From: Candidatus Nezhaarchaeales archaeon | GTDB lineage: Archaea; Thermoproteota; Methanomethylicia; Nezhaarchaeales; WYZ-LMO8 | Length of the DNA stretch: 64,000 nucleotides | Assembly: GCA_038887515.1 (NCBI GenBank) | Contig: JAWAKK010000002.1 | Coordinates: 310,803 to 374,802 of the forward strand | Direction of reading: 5' to 3' | In this document: piece after piece, positions 49,737-60,509 of the stretch | Numbering within the stretch: the stretch's first letter is position 1 | Layout: each line of letters begins with the position of its first letter | The notes under the pieces: generated by a model | What the model saw: only the letters and a program-made list of their open reading frames with translations | Database searches by the model: none | What the model was told of the DNA's origin: nothing | Position numbers and translations under genes: made by a program

Positions 49737-50735
49737 TTATTCACCTCTTATCTGAAGTAGCTCTTCGGGCTTTAAGCTCCTGATGTCTATTCCTATCATG
49801 GACTTCTTCTCGGATACCATCCTACAAGCTTCAACTACTATTTCAGGATCATCCCAATGGCTCGTCGATAATACTATTGCTTGAGCTCTAGACTCAGGAT
49901 CTGAGGACTTAAATATTCCAGAGCCTACAAAGACGCCGTCAGCGCCGAGAAGCATCATTAACGCGGCATCAGCCGGAGTAGCTATACCTCCAGCGGCAAA
50001 GTTGACTACTGGTAGTCTGCCGAGTCTTGCAGTTTCCTTCACGAGCTCGTATGGTACGTTGTAGTTTCTAGCCACCTCCAGTAGCTCTTCATCGTTCATT
50101 GCTCTTAAAGTCCTTATCTCGCCCATTATTTGCTTCATGTGTTTTACTGCCTCAGAAACGTTACCGGTACCAGCTTCGCCCTTAGTTCTTATCATAGATG
50201 CCCCTTCGTATATTCTCCTCAACGCTTCTCCCAAGTTCCTTGCACCATTTACGAAGGGGGTCCTGAATAACCACTTGTTTATGTGATGCTTCTCGTCGGC
50301 TGGCGTTAGAACTTCGCTTTCGTCAATCATGTCCACCCCTATGCTTTCAAGGACCTTAGCCTCCATGTAGTGGCCTATTCTACACTTAGCCATGACAGGT
50401 ATAGTAACGTTATCCATGACTTCCTCTATTACTTTAACGTCGGCCATTCTTGCCACACCGCCTGCTTTCCTTACGTCGTAGGGGAGCTTGTCAAGTACCA
50501 TTACTGAGACCGCGCCTGCATCTTCAGCTATCCTCGCCTGCTCAACGCTTGTCACATCCATACAGACGCCACCCTTCTGCATCTTAGCAAAACCTCTTTT
50601 TACAACCACAGTACCCTTGACTGGTATCTTTAGTTCCGAAGGCAGAGAGGCTTGAGTAAACATACTCTTAATCTTATCCCTAGCTTCCAATAGACCGTAC
50701 AGAAAGTCCCTAAGTTCCTCGAGACTATCGACCAC
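49737..50735 (-). CDS. pdxS: PLP synthase lyase subunit
   Basis: [36 protein letters not shown]. Confidence 0.97.
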   Translation of the reverse strand: MVDSLEELRDFLYGLLEARDKIKSMFTQASLPSELKIPVKGTVVVKRGFAKMQKGGVCMDVTSVEQARIAEDAGAVSVMVLDKLPYDVRKAGGVARMADVKVIEEVMDNVTIPVMAKCRIGHYMEAKVLESIGVDMIDESEVLTPADEKHHINKWLFRTPFVNGARNLGEALRRIYEGASMIRTKGEAGTGNVSEAVKHMKQIMGEIRTLRAMNDEELLEVARNYNVPYELVKETARLGRLPVVNFAAGGIATPADAALMMLLGADGVFVGSGIFKSSDPESRAQAIVLSTSHWDDPEIVVEACRMVSEKKSMIGIDIRSLKPEELLQIRGE

Positions 50736-50832
50736 TTATCGACACCTCATTCTAGGAGAGAGTATCGCAGAACCACTTATTAAGTATTGAGTAGTAAATT
50801 TTCTTGACGTATCGTTTAACGGAGGACTTGAT

Positions 50833-51768
50833 GTGAGCTTGAGAGGACGTGACATCTTAACCCTACAAGAGCTTTCCCCTAGTGAGATATCGGTACTCAT
50901 CGACAAATGTTTTGAATTAAAGAGAGAGTGGTTGAGAGGGAATAGAAGGAGGGGAGATCTTAATGGAAAAAGCGTACTCTTGTTTTTTGAGAAGCCATCT
51001 ACTAGGACTAGGCTTGCATTTGAGGTTGCAGCCCAAAGCCTCGGAGCACATCCAATATACACCTCGACAGCAGATCTACAGCTAGCTCGAGGCGAGACTT
51101 TGTCTGATACAGCAAAAGTACTTTCTAGGTTAGTTGACTGCTTAGTCGCGAGAGTTAAAGATCATGCCACCGTTGAAGAGTTAGCTAAGCACTGTACAAT
51201 TCCAGTAATAAATGGACTTAGCGATATACATCACCCAACACAAGCCTTAACCGATGTCTTCACCATGTTTGAGGCGAAGGGCAAAAGGAAGCTGAAGGTC
51301 GTCTTTATAGGCGACGGTGGAGCCAATACTTGTCATAGCCTAATGATCTGTTGCAGCAAGCTCGGGCTAGATATGATAATTGCTTGCCCGCCAGATTTTA
51401 GACCTAGAATTGAAATTCTAAACATGGTCAAGAAGAATTGCGAGATTAGTGGATCTAACATAGAAATCGTTGATGACCCGGCGATCGCAGTTAAAGATGC
51501 CGACGTAATATATACGGACGTCTTTGTTAGTATGGGTTTTGAAGCCGAAAGAGAATTAAGGTTGAAGAAGTTTCTCCCTAAGTACCAAGTGAACAAGGAG
51601 CTGGTAAGTAAAGCGCCGAATGATTACATATTCATGCACTGTCTTCCAGCCAAGCGAGGGGAAGAGGTAATTGACGAGGTAATTGACGACCCAGAGCACT
51701 CAATTGTGTGGATTCAATCAGAAAACAAGCTGCATATGGCTAGAGCAATCTTGTACAGTTTAGTATAG
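50833..51768 (+). CDS. argF: Ornithine carbamoyltransferase
   Basis: FEKPSTRT, HPTQ, DVFVSMG, HCLP. Confidence 0.93.
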   Translation: MSLRGRDILTLQELSPSEISVLIDKCFELKREWLRGNRRRGDLNGKSVLLFFEKPSTRTRLAFEVAAQSLGAHPIYTSTADLQLARGETLSDTAKVLSRLVDCLVARVKDHATVEELAKHCTIPVINGLSDIHHPTQALTDVFTMFEAKGKRKLKVVFIGDGGANTCHSLMICCSKLGLDMIIACPPDFRPRIEILNMVKKNCEISGSNIEIVDDPAIAVKDADVIYTDVFVSMGFEAERELRLKKFLPKYQVNKELVSKAPNDYIFMHCLPAKRGEEVIDEVIDDPEHSIVWIQSENKLHMARAILYSLV

Positions 51769-51778
51769 GTGGAGGAAT

Positions 51779-52603
51779 TTGTTGCACGGACGCTTAGCCA
51801 TAGTGTGTTCAAAGGTAGATCCGGCCAGCATGAACATTAGGGACAAGCTCCTAAAGAATATGAACTTCAAAAGAGTTGAGGAAAAGCTGTGGGGCAACGA
51901 CGTCTACGTACTTGACGACGTTCTACTAGTTACGGTGAACCAAGAACTGATATATGCTGATGGCGTAGACGAAATTTTAAAGGTAAAAGGCATAATATTT
52001 GCTTCCCGTCACGCGGCTGAATCAGGTATGCCGGCATTTTTAGCTCATACACCTGGCAACTGGACTGACGAGACTTTGTATGGCGGTAGGCCGAGAAGCA
52101 TTTGCGTTGCGATGCCTATACAGCTAATGGCCATTGTAAGGGATCTAAATAGGTTTCGAGAAGAAGAGGGACTTATAGATTGGCGCTGTGGTTTGGAAGT
52201 AACACATCATGGTCCTTACATAGAGCACGTACCTGCAATGTTCGTTGAACTAGGTAGTACGCACAATGAGTGGCGTAACAGTAAGGCTGCTGAGCTTGTC
52301 GCCCGTGCGATAGTAAATGTACTGGAGGTCACTGAAGAGGTGCCCGTAGCAGTAGGGTTTGGGGGACCACATTACGCACCACAATTTAACAAGGTGTTAC
52401 TTAACGAAAAATTGGCGATATCGCATATAGTCCCTAAATACGCTTTCCCGAAAGTTACGAATAGAGAGCTTATGTTAGCGGTGGAGAGGAGCACTGTTAA
52501 GCCTAGTTTCGCGTTAATAGATTGGAAAGGCCTTAAATCTGACGAAAGGCAGCTAGTCTTAAAGTTTTGTAACGAGATAGGACTTCGAATTAGAAAGTTA
52601 TAG
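51779..52603 (+). CDS. dtdA: D-aminoacyl-tRNA deacylase (archaeal DTD2)
   Basis: DPAS.NI, SRH, HTPGN, EVTHHGP, GGPHYAP. Confidence 0.92.
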   Translation: MLHGRLAIVCSKVDPASMNIRDKLLKNMNFKRVEEKLWGNDVYVLDDVLLVTVNQELIYADGVDEILKVKGIIFASRHAAESGMPAFLAHTPGNWTDETLYGGRPRSICVAMPIQLMAIVRDLNRFREEEGLIDWRCGLEVTHHGPYIEHVPAMFVELGSTHNEWRNSKAAELVARAIVNVLEVTEEVPVAVGFGGPHYAPQFNKVLLNEKLAISHIVPKYAFPKVTNRELMLAVERSTVKPSFALIDWKGLKSDERQLVLKFCNEIGLRIRKL

Positions 52604-52658
52604 GTAATATTTAACCTCATGTTTAAAGGGGAAAAGTTATAATAGAGGGTTTTAGCTA

Positions 52659-52868
52659 GTGAGAACAACCCTAAATGCAAGGGGTTCTGAGTTGCCTATA
52701 AAACAAGCTCTTTGGGATATCGCGAAGATACTGAAAGTAGCTCGTAGACCTGATAGAAGAGAGTTTACTTTATTGCTTAAGATATGCAGCCTGGGGCTCG
52801 CCATCCTAGGCGCTTACAGCTTTATAATACTTTATCTTTCCTTCGTCTTCCTCTTCGGAGGAGCCTGA
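52659..52868 (+). CDS. secE: SecE/Sec61-gamma
   Basis: ILKVARRPDRREF plus one TM helix; upstream of spt5. Confidence 0.88.
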   Translation: MRTTLNARGSELPIKQALWDIAKILKVARRPDRREFTLLLKICSLGLAILGAYSFIILYLSFVFLFGGA

Positions 52869-52881
52869 GTGGTGAGGCGAG

Positions 52882-53349
52882 ATGTCGAGAGAGAAAGCTA
52901 GCTTTTATCTCGTCAGGACTACGATAGGTCAAGAGCGCAGCGTAGCGTTAATAGTTGAAGAAAGGATAAAGCAAGCTAAGGTTCCCATAAAATCAATAGC
53001 GATATTGGAAGGAATGAGGGGTTACATAATAGTAGAGACTGATAGGCCAGACATAATAGATAGGGTGTTTTATGGCATTAAGCATGTAAAAGACGTTGTG
53101 GCTAAAAGGGTCGAATTTAATGAGATAGAGGGCTTTTTAGTACCTAAACCCTCGATAGAGGGCATAGATATAGGTGATGTTGTCGAGATAGTAGCAGGAC
53201 CGTTAAAGGGGCTTAGAGGGACCGTGACGAGAATCGATAAGAGTAAAGAGGAAGTCACCTTAGAGCTTCACGAGACAAGTTATCCTCTACCCATAACCAT
53301 ACATGGCGATTACGTAAAGGTCGTTGAGAAAACTAAAAAGGTGGGTTAG
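52882..53349 (+). CDS. spt5: Transcription elongation factor Spt5
   Basis: VRTT.GQE NGN domain, KOW GDVVEIVAGP.KG. Confidence 0.95.
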   Translation: MSREKASFYLVRTTIGQERSVALIVEERIKQAKVPIKSIAILEGMRGYIIVETDRPDIIDRVFYGIKHVKDVVAKRVEFNEIEGFLVPKPSIEGIDIGDVVEIVAGPLKGLRGTVTRIDKSKEEVTLELHETSYPLPITIHGDYVKVVEKTKKVG

Positions 53350-53350
53350 A

Positions 53351-53851
53351 GTGGTCCAGAAGTCTGTTAGATTTATAGTGGAAGGAGGAAAAGCGACTGC
53401 AGGACCACCAATAGGCCCGGCCCTTGGTCCGACGGGCTTAAACGTTATGGCAGTCGTCAACAGGATAAACGAACTTACGAAAGAGTTCTCCGGAATGAGG
53501 GTTCCAGTCGATGTACTTTACGACCCAGAGACCAAGGAGTTTGAAGTTAAGGTTGGAATACCCACTACTGCGGCTTTACTACTGAGAGAGCTAAAAGCGG
53601 AAAAGGGCTCGTCTTCGCCTGCAAAGCAGAAGATTGGCAATTTAAGTATTGAACAAGTGATAAAGGTAGCCTTGGTTAAGAGGCCAGACCTATTGGCAAA
53701 AACTCTGAAAGCTGCAACTAAAGAGGTCCTAGGTACTTGTCTCAGTCTAGGCATAACTGTTGAGGGTAAGAGCCCGAAGGAGGTTCAAAGAGAAATTGAT
53801 ATGGGCGTTTACGATAAGATCTTCGCGAAGTACGAGGCGGAGTGGAAATGA
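53351..53851 (+). CDS. rpl11: 50S ribosomal protein uL11
   Basis: EGGKATAGPPIGPALGP. Confidence 0.96.
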   Translation: MVQKSVRFIVEGGKATAGPPIGPALGPTGLNVMAVVNRINELTKEFSGMRVPVDVLYDPETKEFEVKVGIPTTAALLLRELKAEKGSSSPAKQKIGNLSIEQVIKVALVKRPDLLAKTLKAATKEVLGTCLSLGITVEGKSPKEVQREIDMGVYDKIFAKYEAEWK

Positions 53852-54513
53852 GTGCGTCGTTTAATGATCTTGTTAAAGCAGTTAAAGAAGCCAGGGATAG
53901 GGCAGAGAAGAGAAATTTTGAGCAATCATTCGAGCTTATAGTAGTTTACGAAGGCCTAAACCTTAAGGATCCAGCCAATAAGATCAATGAGGTTCTGGTA
54001 CTACCAAACCCCCTACAAGGTAAGGAGGCCAAGGTGTGTATATTCGCCGAAGGGGACCTAGCCCTAAAGGCTAGGGAAGTTAAAGCGGATCTTGTCTTAG
54101 GAAAAGCCGATATACAGAAGTGTCAAGCAGACAAGAAGTACGCTAAGAAACTGGCCAATGACTACGACTTCTTCTTGGCTCAAGCAGACCTAATGCCCAT
54201 TATCGGTAGAACCCTAGGTCCCTATCTAGGGCCTAGGGGGAAGATGCCTATTCCAATAACCCTGGGATCTGATTTAGCAGGCTTGATTAGCAAATGCAAG
54301 AAGTCTATTAGGGTAAGAATCAAGAACAATCCCATAGTTCAATGTAAGATAGGCGTTGAAAGCATGGAAGACGAAAGAGTAGCTGAAAACGCTAAGACGG
54401 TCCTCGATCTATTAAGGGAAAAGATAAAACATCCAGCTAAGATAAAGAGCATTTATGTAAAACTAACAATGGGAAGCCCTGTAAAAGTACCTATCTCTGG
54501 TAAAGGAGGCTGA
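53848..54513 (+). CDS. rpl1: 50S ribosomal protein uL1
   Basis: KRNFEQSFELI, LGPRGKMP, VKLTMG. Confidence 0.96.
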   Translation: MSASFNDLVKAVKEARDRAEKRNFEQSFELIVVYEGLNLKDPANKINEVLVLPNPLQGKEAKVCIFAEGDLALKAREVKADLVLGKADIQKCQADKKYAKKLANDYDFFLAQADLMPIIGRTLGPYLGPRGKMPIPITLGSDLAGLISKCKKSIRVRIKNNPIVQCKIGVESMEDERVAENAKTVLDLLREKIKHPAKIKSIYVKLTMGSPVKVPISGKGG

Positions 54514-54518
54514 ATTAA

Positions 54519-55391
54519 ATGTCCATATCCCTTTTAAGGAATGAAAGGCCCAAGGATAGGAAGAGGAAGCTTATAGACGAACTTGCTGAGATTATCAGTA
54601 CTCACAAGACAATAGCCCTCGCAGACGTTAGCGGGTTAAGGGCTCTACAATTTCAAAGGTTAAGGAGTAAGTTTAGGGGGATCCTTCAAATAAAGGTCGC
54701 CAAAACTAGCCTATTGAGGAAAGCCTTAGAGGAAGTTAAAGAAAGAAAGAAGTTGGATCTATCGCCGTTAAGAAGTTACTTAAGCGGGCAGTTAGCTGTT
54801 GTAGCTTCTAACTTGAGTCCCTTCGAAGTCTATAGTTTATTGGAAAAGAACAAGGTCCCTGCAAAAGCTAAGCCCGGTGATATAGCCATTAGGGACATAG
54901 TGTTGCCGGCAGGAAATACCGGTATTCCGGCTGGGCCTGCTCTAAGTATGTTCAAGAAGTTTAAGGTCCCGGTCAAAGTAGAAGAAGGGTCCATATACGT
55001 GACTAATGATACTGTTGTTGTTAAAGCTGGTGAAGCAATACCTGCTGAAATAATTGACCTCCTCAATAAGCTAGGTATCGAGCCCGTAGAATGTGGACTG
55101 AAGATTAAGGTTGCATACTCTGAAGGGATACTCTATAAGGTCGAGGACCTGAAAATAGATGTAGAGAGCTACAGAAAGAGACTTGTCGAAGCATTCACGA
55201 ACGCCCTATCATTGGCAGTAAATGCTGTATTCATGACTCCTGAGAGCGCGCCGTACATAATAGCTAAGGCGTTTATGAATGCTAGGAACTTGGCAATTAA
55301 TTCGTGCTACCCAACGCCTGAAAGCATAGGTTACATACTTGCCAAAGCACATGCACAGGCTATTGCCTTGAGCAATGCGATAAAAATCTAA
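54519..55391 (+). CDS. rpl10: 50S ribosomal protein uL10/P0
   Basis: AKPGDIA..DIV.PAGNTG..AGP, L.KLGIEP. Confidence 0.95.
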   Translation: MSISLLRNERPKDRKRKLIDELAEIISTHKTIALADVSGLRALQFQRLRSKFRGILQIKVAKTSLLRKALEEVKERKKLDLSPLRSYLSGQLAVVASNLSPFEVYSLLEKNKVPAKAKPGDIAIRDIVLPAGNTGIPAGPALSMFKKFKVPVKVEEGSIYVTNDTVVVKAGEAIPAEIIDLLNKLGIEPVECGLKIKVAYSEGILYKVEDLKIDVESYRKRLVEAFTNALSLAVNAVFMTPESAPYIIAKAFMNARNLAINSCYPTPESIGYILAKAHAQAIALSNAIKI

Positions 55392-55472
55392 GGATGATGA
55401 AGAGAAGCGAGTAAAAATTTATAAAGGTTAGAGTAAGAGCTAGACAGTCACCAACGAGGGGGTTTCGTAAAG

Positions 55473-55796
55473 TTGGAATATGTCTATGCTGCCTTACTAC
55501 TTCATCAAGCTGGTAAGAACATAACCGAAGACGCGGTAAAATCGGTATTGCAAGCAGCCGGTATAGAAGTCGACGATGTTAAAGTTAAGGCGCTATGCGC
55601 GGCCCTAAAGGAAGTCAACATAGACGAAGCGATTAAAGGAGCTGTACTGCCAGCGATTACGCCTGCAACTGCGCCACAACCAACCGCGGCTCCTCAAACG
55701 CCTGCCGAAGAAAAGAAGGAGGAGAAGAAGGAGGAGAAGAAGGAGGAAGTGTCTGAGGAAACCATAGCAGAAGGGCTATCTTCACTCTTCGGTTAG
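55473..55796 (+). CDS. rpl12: 50S ribosomal stalk protein P1/L12
   Basis: [11 protein letters not shown], acidic hinge, GLSSLFG. Confidence 0.96.
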   Translation: MEYVYAALLLHQAGKNITEDAVKSVLQAAGIEVDDVKVKALCAALKEVNIDEAIKGAVLPAITPATAPQPTAAPQTPAEEKKEEKKEEKKEEVSEETIAEGLSSLFG

Positions 55797-55856
55797 ACGA
55801 AAGAAAATTTTTACCATTCATGCTTTTTCATAAATACCAACTACTGTAGTAAAGGG

Positions 55857-58574
55857 TTGAAACTGATGGTAGTCTCAGAGGAAGAGTATAAACTAGAGTT
55901 TTTTATAAAAAATGGGTTTGCAAGGAGAAGGTGTAAAGTTTGTGGTTCAGCCTTTTGGACTTTAGATAAAAATAGGGAAACTTGTGGAGATGCTCCATGT
56001 CAAGAGTATACATTTATTGGTAAAGAACTTAAGAAGGACGTTGATGTGCCTAAGGTTAGGAGTCTCTTTCTTGACTTCTTCAGAAGTAAAGGTCACGAAG
56101 TCATAAAACCGTATCCAGTAGTAGCTAGGTGGCGCGAAGACATATACTTGACCATAGCTAGTATAGCTGTTTTCCAACCCTTCGTTACAGATGGCGTTGT
56201 ACCGCCGCCGGCAAATCCTTTGGTCATATCACAGCCATGCATAAGGTTGGTCGACATAGACAACGTAGGTCTAACGGCCGGAAGGCACTTGACGATATTC
56301 GAAATGGGTGGCCACCATGCCTTCAACTATCCCGATAAAGAAGTCTACTGGAAAGAAGAGACTGTAAAGCTATGTCATGAATTCTTGACGGAAGTTATAG
56401 GAGTAAATGAAGAGTCAGTGACGTACAAAGAAGATTTTTGGGTCGGAGGAGGTAACGCTGGTCCAGATGTCGAGGTTTGCGTTGACGGCATGGAACTCGC
56501 AACATTGGTATTTATGTGCTTTAAGGTCAGGAATGAAGAGTACATTCCCATGAACATGAAAATTGTCGATACTGGCTACGGAATTGAGAGGTTTGCTTGG
56601 TTCTTAAGTGGGAAGCCTACAGCCTTTCACGCGATATATGGAAATTTGATAGATAGGGTATGTCGTGATGTTGGAATTACACCCCCTACCCCTGAACTGC
56701 TAACTCAAGTAGCTAGGGCCTCAGCCCTCATGAGAGTTGAAAGAGGGAAGACCATCGACGAACTTAGAAGAGAACTCTCGGCAGCTACGAAAATACCGTA
56801 TGAGATCTTGGAGAGAGAGATTGCACCTTTCGAGAGGGTCTGCGCGCTAGTCGACCACACTAAGTGCCTAACATTTATGCTTGCTGACGGCGTTGTACCT
56901 TCAAATGTTGGAGAAGGTTACTTAGCTCGTCTAGTTATAAGGAGGGCCCTTCGACTATGCGAGCTCTTACGCCTAGAAGAAGGTTACCTAAAGATCCTTG
57001 CGAATCATCAGATAAGGATTTGGAGTAGTGACTATCCGCAACTGAGTAAAATGTTGAAGACAATAATGGAGATCCTAGATTTAGAAGAGGAAAAGTTTAG
57101 GAATGCAATAAGCCGAGGAAGGGGCTTAATCGGAAGGCTTGTGAGAGGGTTGAAGGATGACGTAATTCCTCTCAATATGCTCTTGCAATTATATGATTCA
57201 CATGGCTTACCCCCTGAGGTTGTAAAGGAGGAAGCTGAAAAGTTAGGGTTTAAAGTTAAAATCCCAGATAACTTTTATGGTCTTGTAGCACGACTACATC
57301 AATCAACTAGGCCTACAGAAGAGCAACCACAATACGATGTATCCGGTATAACGCCTACAAGACTACTTTACTACGAAGATCAATACATGTTTAACTTCGA
57401 TGGGCGGGTTTTAAAGAGCGGTGAAGGATATGTAATCCTCGACAAAACTTGTTTCTATCCTCGAGGGGGAGGACAGGATGCTGATAGGGGCTTTTTGTTG
57501 TTTGAAAATTCTCGAATCGAGGTAGTGGATGTCGTTAAGATTGGAGATGTAGTGGTACACGTGGTCAAAGGCAATATACCGGAAGGAGCCTTAGTGAAGG
57601 GAGAAGTGGATGCCGAGAGGAGAATGGGTTTAATGAGGCATCACACAGCCACACACATTCTTCTTGAGGCTATAAGGAGGGTCCTTGGAAGCCATGTATG
57701 GCAAGCAGGGGCTCAGAAGATGCCTGATCGTGCACATTTAGATGTAACTCATTACAAGGGGGTCACAAACGATCAATTGAAGTTGATAGAAGAACTAGCT
57801 AACGATGTAATATTAAGGAACCTACCGGTTAGAGCATCTTTTGTTGAGAGAGAGAAAGCGGAGGAGAAGTATGGGTTTGAAATATATCAAGGAGGCGTCG
57901 TGCCTGGAAGAACCGTAAGGGTCATAGAAATAGAAGGTTGGAACGCTCAGGCCTGTGGCGGAACTCATGTAAGAAGCACTGGAGAAGTGGGGTTAATCAA
58001 GATAGTGAAGGTTGATAGGATACAAGACGGGGTTCTCAGGTTTGAATATAGGGTCGGAAAAGCGGCTTTAGAATACATGAGGGAACTTGAAAGTAATTTG
58101 CTTGAAATATCGCAGACGTTTGAATGTCCAGTCGACCAGGTTATTACAGTTGCCAATAAATTAAAGGTAGAACTCAAACAATTGAGGAAGGAGAACGAAG
58201 TTTTAAAGAGCAGAATTGCTGAGGGTTTGCTCCCAACCGTTTTGAATAGGAAGAATAGAGGAGAAATAATAATAGACATAGAGCTTCACGGAATGGACTA
58301 TGATGGTATATTAGCATTTATCGAAAAGGCTTTAAAGAAGGTCGACGATGCTGCTCTAATAGTATTTTCAAGGCAGAACGGCAGGGCCTTAATGGTCGTA
58401 GCTTGTGGGTCCAAAGCCCTAAGCATGGGTTTAGAGGCCAACAAACTAGCTATCGAAATAGCCCAGGCAGGTAAAGGAAAGGCTGGAGGAAAGAAGGAGT
58501 TAGCTCAAGGGGTTGTTGAAGAGCTAGAGAAGGCACGTAGCAAGGTCGAGGAAATTAAGAAGAAGTACGGTTAG
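55857..58574 (+). CDS. alaS: Alanine--tRNA ligase
   Basis: YPVVARWR, GRHLT.FEM, DTGYG.ER, HTATH and ACGGTH editing motifs. Confidence 0.97.
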   Translation: MKLMVVSEEEYKLEFFIKNGFARRRCKVCGSAFWTLDKNRETCGDAPCQEYTFIGKELKKDVDVPKVRSLFLDFFRSKGHEVIKPYPVVARWREDIYLTIASIAVFQPFVTDGVVPPPANPLVISQPCIRLVDIDNVGLTAGRHLTIFEMGGHHAFNYPDKEVYWKEETVKLCHEFLTEVIGVNEESVTYKEDFWVGGGNAGPDVEVCVDGMELATLVFMCFKVRNEEYIPMNMKIVDTGYGIERFAWFLSGKPTAFHAIYGNLIDRVCRDVGITPPTPELLTQVARASALMRVERGKTIDELRRELSAATKIPYEILEREIAPFERVCALVDHTKCLTFMLADGVVPSNVGEGYLARLVIRRALRLCELLRLEEGYLKILANHQIRIWSSDYPQLSKMLKTIMEILDLEEEKFRNAISRGRGLIGRLVRGLKDDVIPLNMLLQLYDSHGLPPEVVKEEAEKLGFKVKIPDNFYGLVARLHQSTRPTEEQPQYDVSGITPTRLLYYEDQYMFNFDGRVLKSGEGYVILDKTCFYPRGGGQDADRGFLLFENSRIEVVDVVKIGDVVVHVVKGNIPEGALVKGEVDAERRMGLMRHHTATHILLEAIRRVLGSHVWQAGAQKMPDRAHLDVTHYKGVTNDQLKLIEELANDVILRNLPVRASFVEREKAEEKYGFEIYQGGVVPGRTVRVIEIEGWNAQACGGTHVRSTGEVGLIKIVKVDRIQDGVLRFEYRVGKAALEYMRELESNLLEISQTFECPVDQVITVANKLKVELKQLRKENEVLKSRIAEGLLPTVLNRKNRGEIIIDIELHGMDYDGILAFIEKALKKVDDAALIVFSRQNGRALMVVACGSKALSMGLEANKLAIEIAQAGKGKAGGKKELAQGVVEELEKARSKVEEIKKKYG

Positions 58575-58623
58575 ACAAAAATTTAAGCTTAAAGGGAGAA
58601 CCCTAAAATGTAGTTAACGAAAT

Positions 58624-58720
58624 GGGCCCGTGGCGCAGCCCGGATAGCGCGGCATCAACCGTTAAGGTTGCCGTAAGCCTTCTAAGCTGACGGTCGCGGG
58701 TTCAAATCCCGCCGGGCCCG
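58624..58720 (+). tRNA. tRNA-Arg(TCT) with 22-nt intron at 29/30 (58655-58676)
   Basis: GGGCCCG/CGGGCCC acceptor, GCA|GC-CTTCTAA-GCTGA; helix GCGG/CCGT with intron stem CAACC/GGTTG. Confidence 0.87.
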
Positions 58721-58721
58721 C

Positions 58722-58931
58722 TTACTCAACCACCACTTCAAAATTAGATTTAGAACTTTTCTTACTATAGACGCAATATATCTTTACTTTCCTTCCCTTC
58801 TCAAGGGGCTTCTCTGAAAAAAAGTATTCGACTAGGAATCCGTTCTTCACGCCTATAGCGTACCCCTCGGCTGTTTTCTCGACGTCGATCACTATACCCT
58901 CTCTGTAGAGCATCTTTTTCTCTTCGCTCAA
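58722..58931 (-). CDS. Small hypothetical beta-rich (OB-like) protein
   Basis: 69-aa ORF with TTG start, 14 nt downstream of speE. Confidence 0.5.
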   Translation of the reverse strand: MSEEKKMLYREGIVIDVEKTAEGYAIGVKNGFLVEYFFSEKPLEKGRKVKIYCVYSKKSSKSNFEVVVE

Positions 58932-58945
58932 GTACGGTCACGCAC

Positions 58946-59866
58946 TCATGCCGGCATGAAAGTAGGCTTCTCGTCTGTCACTATTCCCCTTTCCTCGTCC
59001 AAAGCTTTCTTCAAGTAAAGTGGTAAGGTGAATAGAGCCCTATGGTATTCGGGATAATAATACTTAAGGTTTGAAACGCCTCTTTCACTTAACCTGCTAC
59101 TAACATCATCTTCACTTAGATCAAGTGGGTCATACTTCAAGGATGCTAGAACGAAACCCCACATAGAGCCAAACGATGGGACCCAAGCGCAATAAGCCCT
59201 AACTACCGGAAAGACGCTTTTCAAAGTACTGTAGATTAGGGTAAAGGACTTTCTACTGTAAAAGGTCGAAGTGGCTTGAGTCGTCATAATCCCGTCGGGT
59301 TTAAGGCGTTTCTTAACTAGCTCGTAGAATTGTCTAGTATATAGGAGGTATGAGGGGCCCTCACGTAAAGGGTCGGTTACGTCAATTATTACGACGTCGT
59401 ATTCTTCAGCGACCCTCTCGACGTAAGCTCGCCCGTCGTCGATTATAAGTTTTAACCTCTTATCATCAAAAGCACCTGCACTTAGTTGAGGCATATACTT
59501 TTTAGATACCCGAATTACTTCTTCATCCAAGTCGACCATTACGACGCTCTTGACGATATTGTGTTTGAGAACCTCGCGTGCTATAGCCCCTTCGCCGCCA
59601 CCTATTATGAGGACTTTTTCAGGGTAAGGATGAGAGACCATTGCTGGATGGACCAAAACCTCATGGTATATGAACTCGTCGACGGTCGACGACTGCACCT
59701 TACCATCTAAAACTAGACAAGTACCATAATCTTCTGTTTCGACTACATCTATTTCTTGGTATCTCGATCTACCGCTGTATATGATCCTCTTCACTTTATG
59801 TATTATGAGAGTCTCGTCTGTTTGATGTTCGACAAGCCATCTCCAGTTAATCGTCGTTTTAATCAC
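58946..59866 (-). CDS. speE: Polyamine aminopropyltransferase
   Basis: LVLDGKVQS, YHE.LVHP, VLIIGGGEG, DVTDP. Confidence 0.95.
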   Translation of the reverse strand: MIKTTINWRWLVEHQTDETLIIHKVKRIIYSGRSRYQEIDVVETEDYGTCLVLDGKVQSSTVDEFIYHEVLVHPAMVSHPYPEKVLIIGGGEGAIAREVLKHNIVKSVVMVDLDEEVIRVSKKYMPQLSAGAFDDKRLKLIIDDGRAYVERVAEEYDVVIIDVTDPLREGPSYLLYTRQFYELVKKRLKPDGIMTTQATSTFYSRKSFTLIYSTLKSVFPVVRAYCAWVPSFGSMWGFVLASLKYDPLDLSEDDVSSRLSERGVSNLKYYYPEYHRALFTLPLYLKKALDEERGIVTDEKPTFMPA

Positions 59867-59874
59867 CTTACCTA

Positions 59875-60231
59875 TTACTGCCTCTGAGGCAATAATCCTC
59901 TTTTAATTTCGAGGACGTTGAAGTTTGAAGGCTTAAAATTATTGACTATGTACTCACAAGCCTTCCACGGATTCATACGCTCACCGCAAGTAAAGACGTC
60001 GACAGCTGCATACCCGTACTCGGGCCACGTATGTATCGTTATATGAGATTCAGATATCACGACTACGCCAGTTACACCTTGCGGATTAAACTTATGGAAA
60101 AATACGCCACAAATGTTACCATTGGCCACCTTTACGGCTTCAGACAAAATCTTCTTTACGAAGGCCTCATCGTCGAGAACCTTGGGGGAACAACCATACA
60201 ATTCAAGTATCACGTGCCTCCCTAGTTCCAA
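59875..60231 (-). CDS. speH: S-adenosylmethionine decarboxylase proenzyme (or paralogous arginine decarboxylase)
   Basis: GRH, F.PQGVTG, ESHITIHTWPE, DVFTCG. Confidence 0.88.
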   Translation of the reverse strand: MELGRHVILELYGCSPKVLDDEAFVKKILSEAVKVANGNICGVFFHKFNPQGVTGVVVISESHITIHTWPEYGYAAVDVFTCGERMNPWKACEYIVNNFKPSNFNVLEIKRGLLPQRQ

Positions 60232-60509
60232 GCTAAATTCCCCCCTCTTCAATTCGAGTCTCAGCCCCCTTCTACTCAACATTCATTGGGTTTTTGAACC
60301 CCTCAACCTTTAAACATTTCGCATACGCCCATTCATCAATTAATGTTATTGAATGAAGTGAATGCTCGAAGAGTTCTTCGGGAACAACATTAAATACTCC
60401 TCTATTTGCAGGAAAAGACATTTGAAAGTTTATGGATGAATACATTACTCTTTAAAGATTCCTCTTATATCGATAGCTATTTCTTAAAGAATAGTTAAGG
60501 TAGGGAATT

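Noticed and set aside
51664-51687. 12-bp tandem repeat GAGGTAATTGAC in argF
   Set aside because: Encodes the ordinary EVIDEVID segment with no length change
55394-55450. C/D sRNA starting at ATGATGA after rpl10
   Set aside because: No D box at a suitable distance; region looks like the rpl12 promoter
55706-55748. Tandem GAGGAGAAGAAG repeats
   Set aside because: Normal EEKK hinge of the stalk protein
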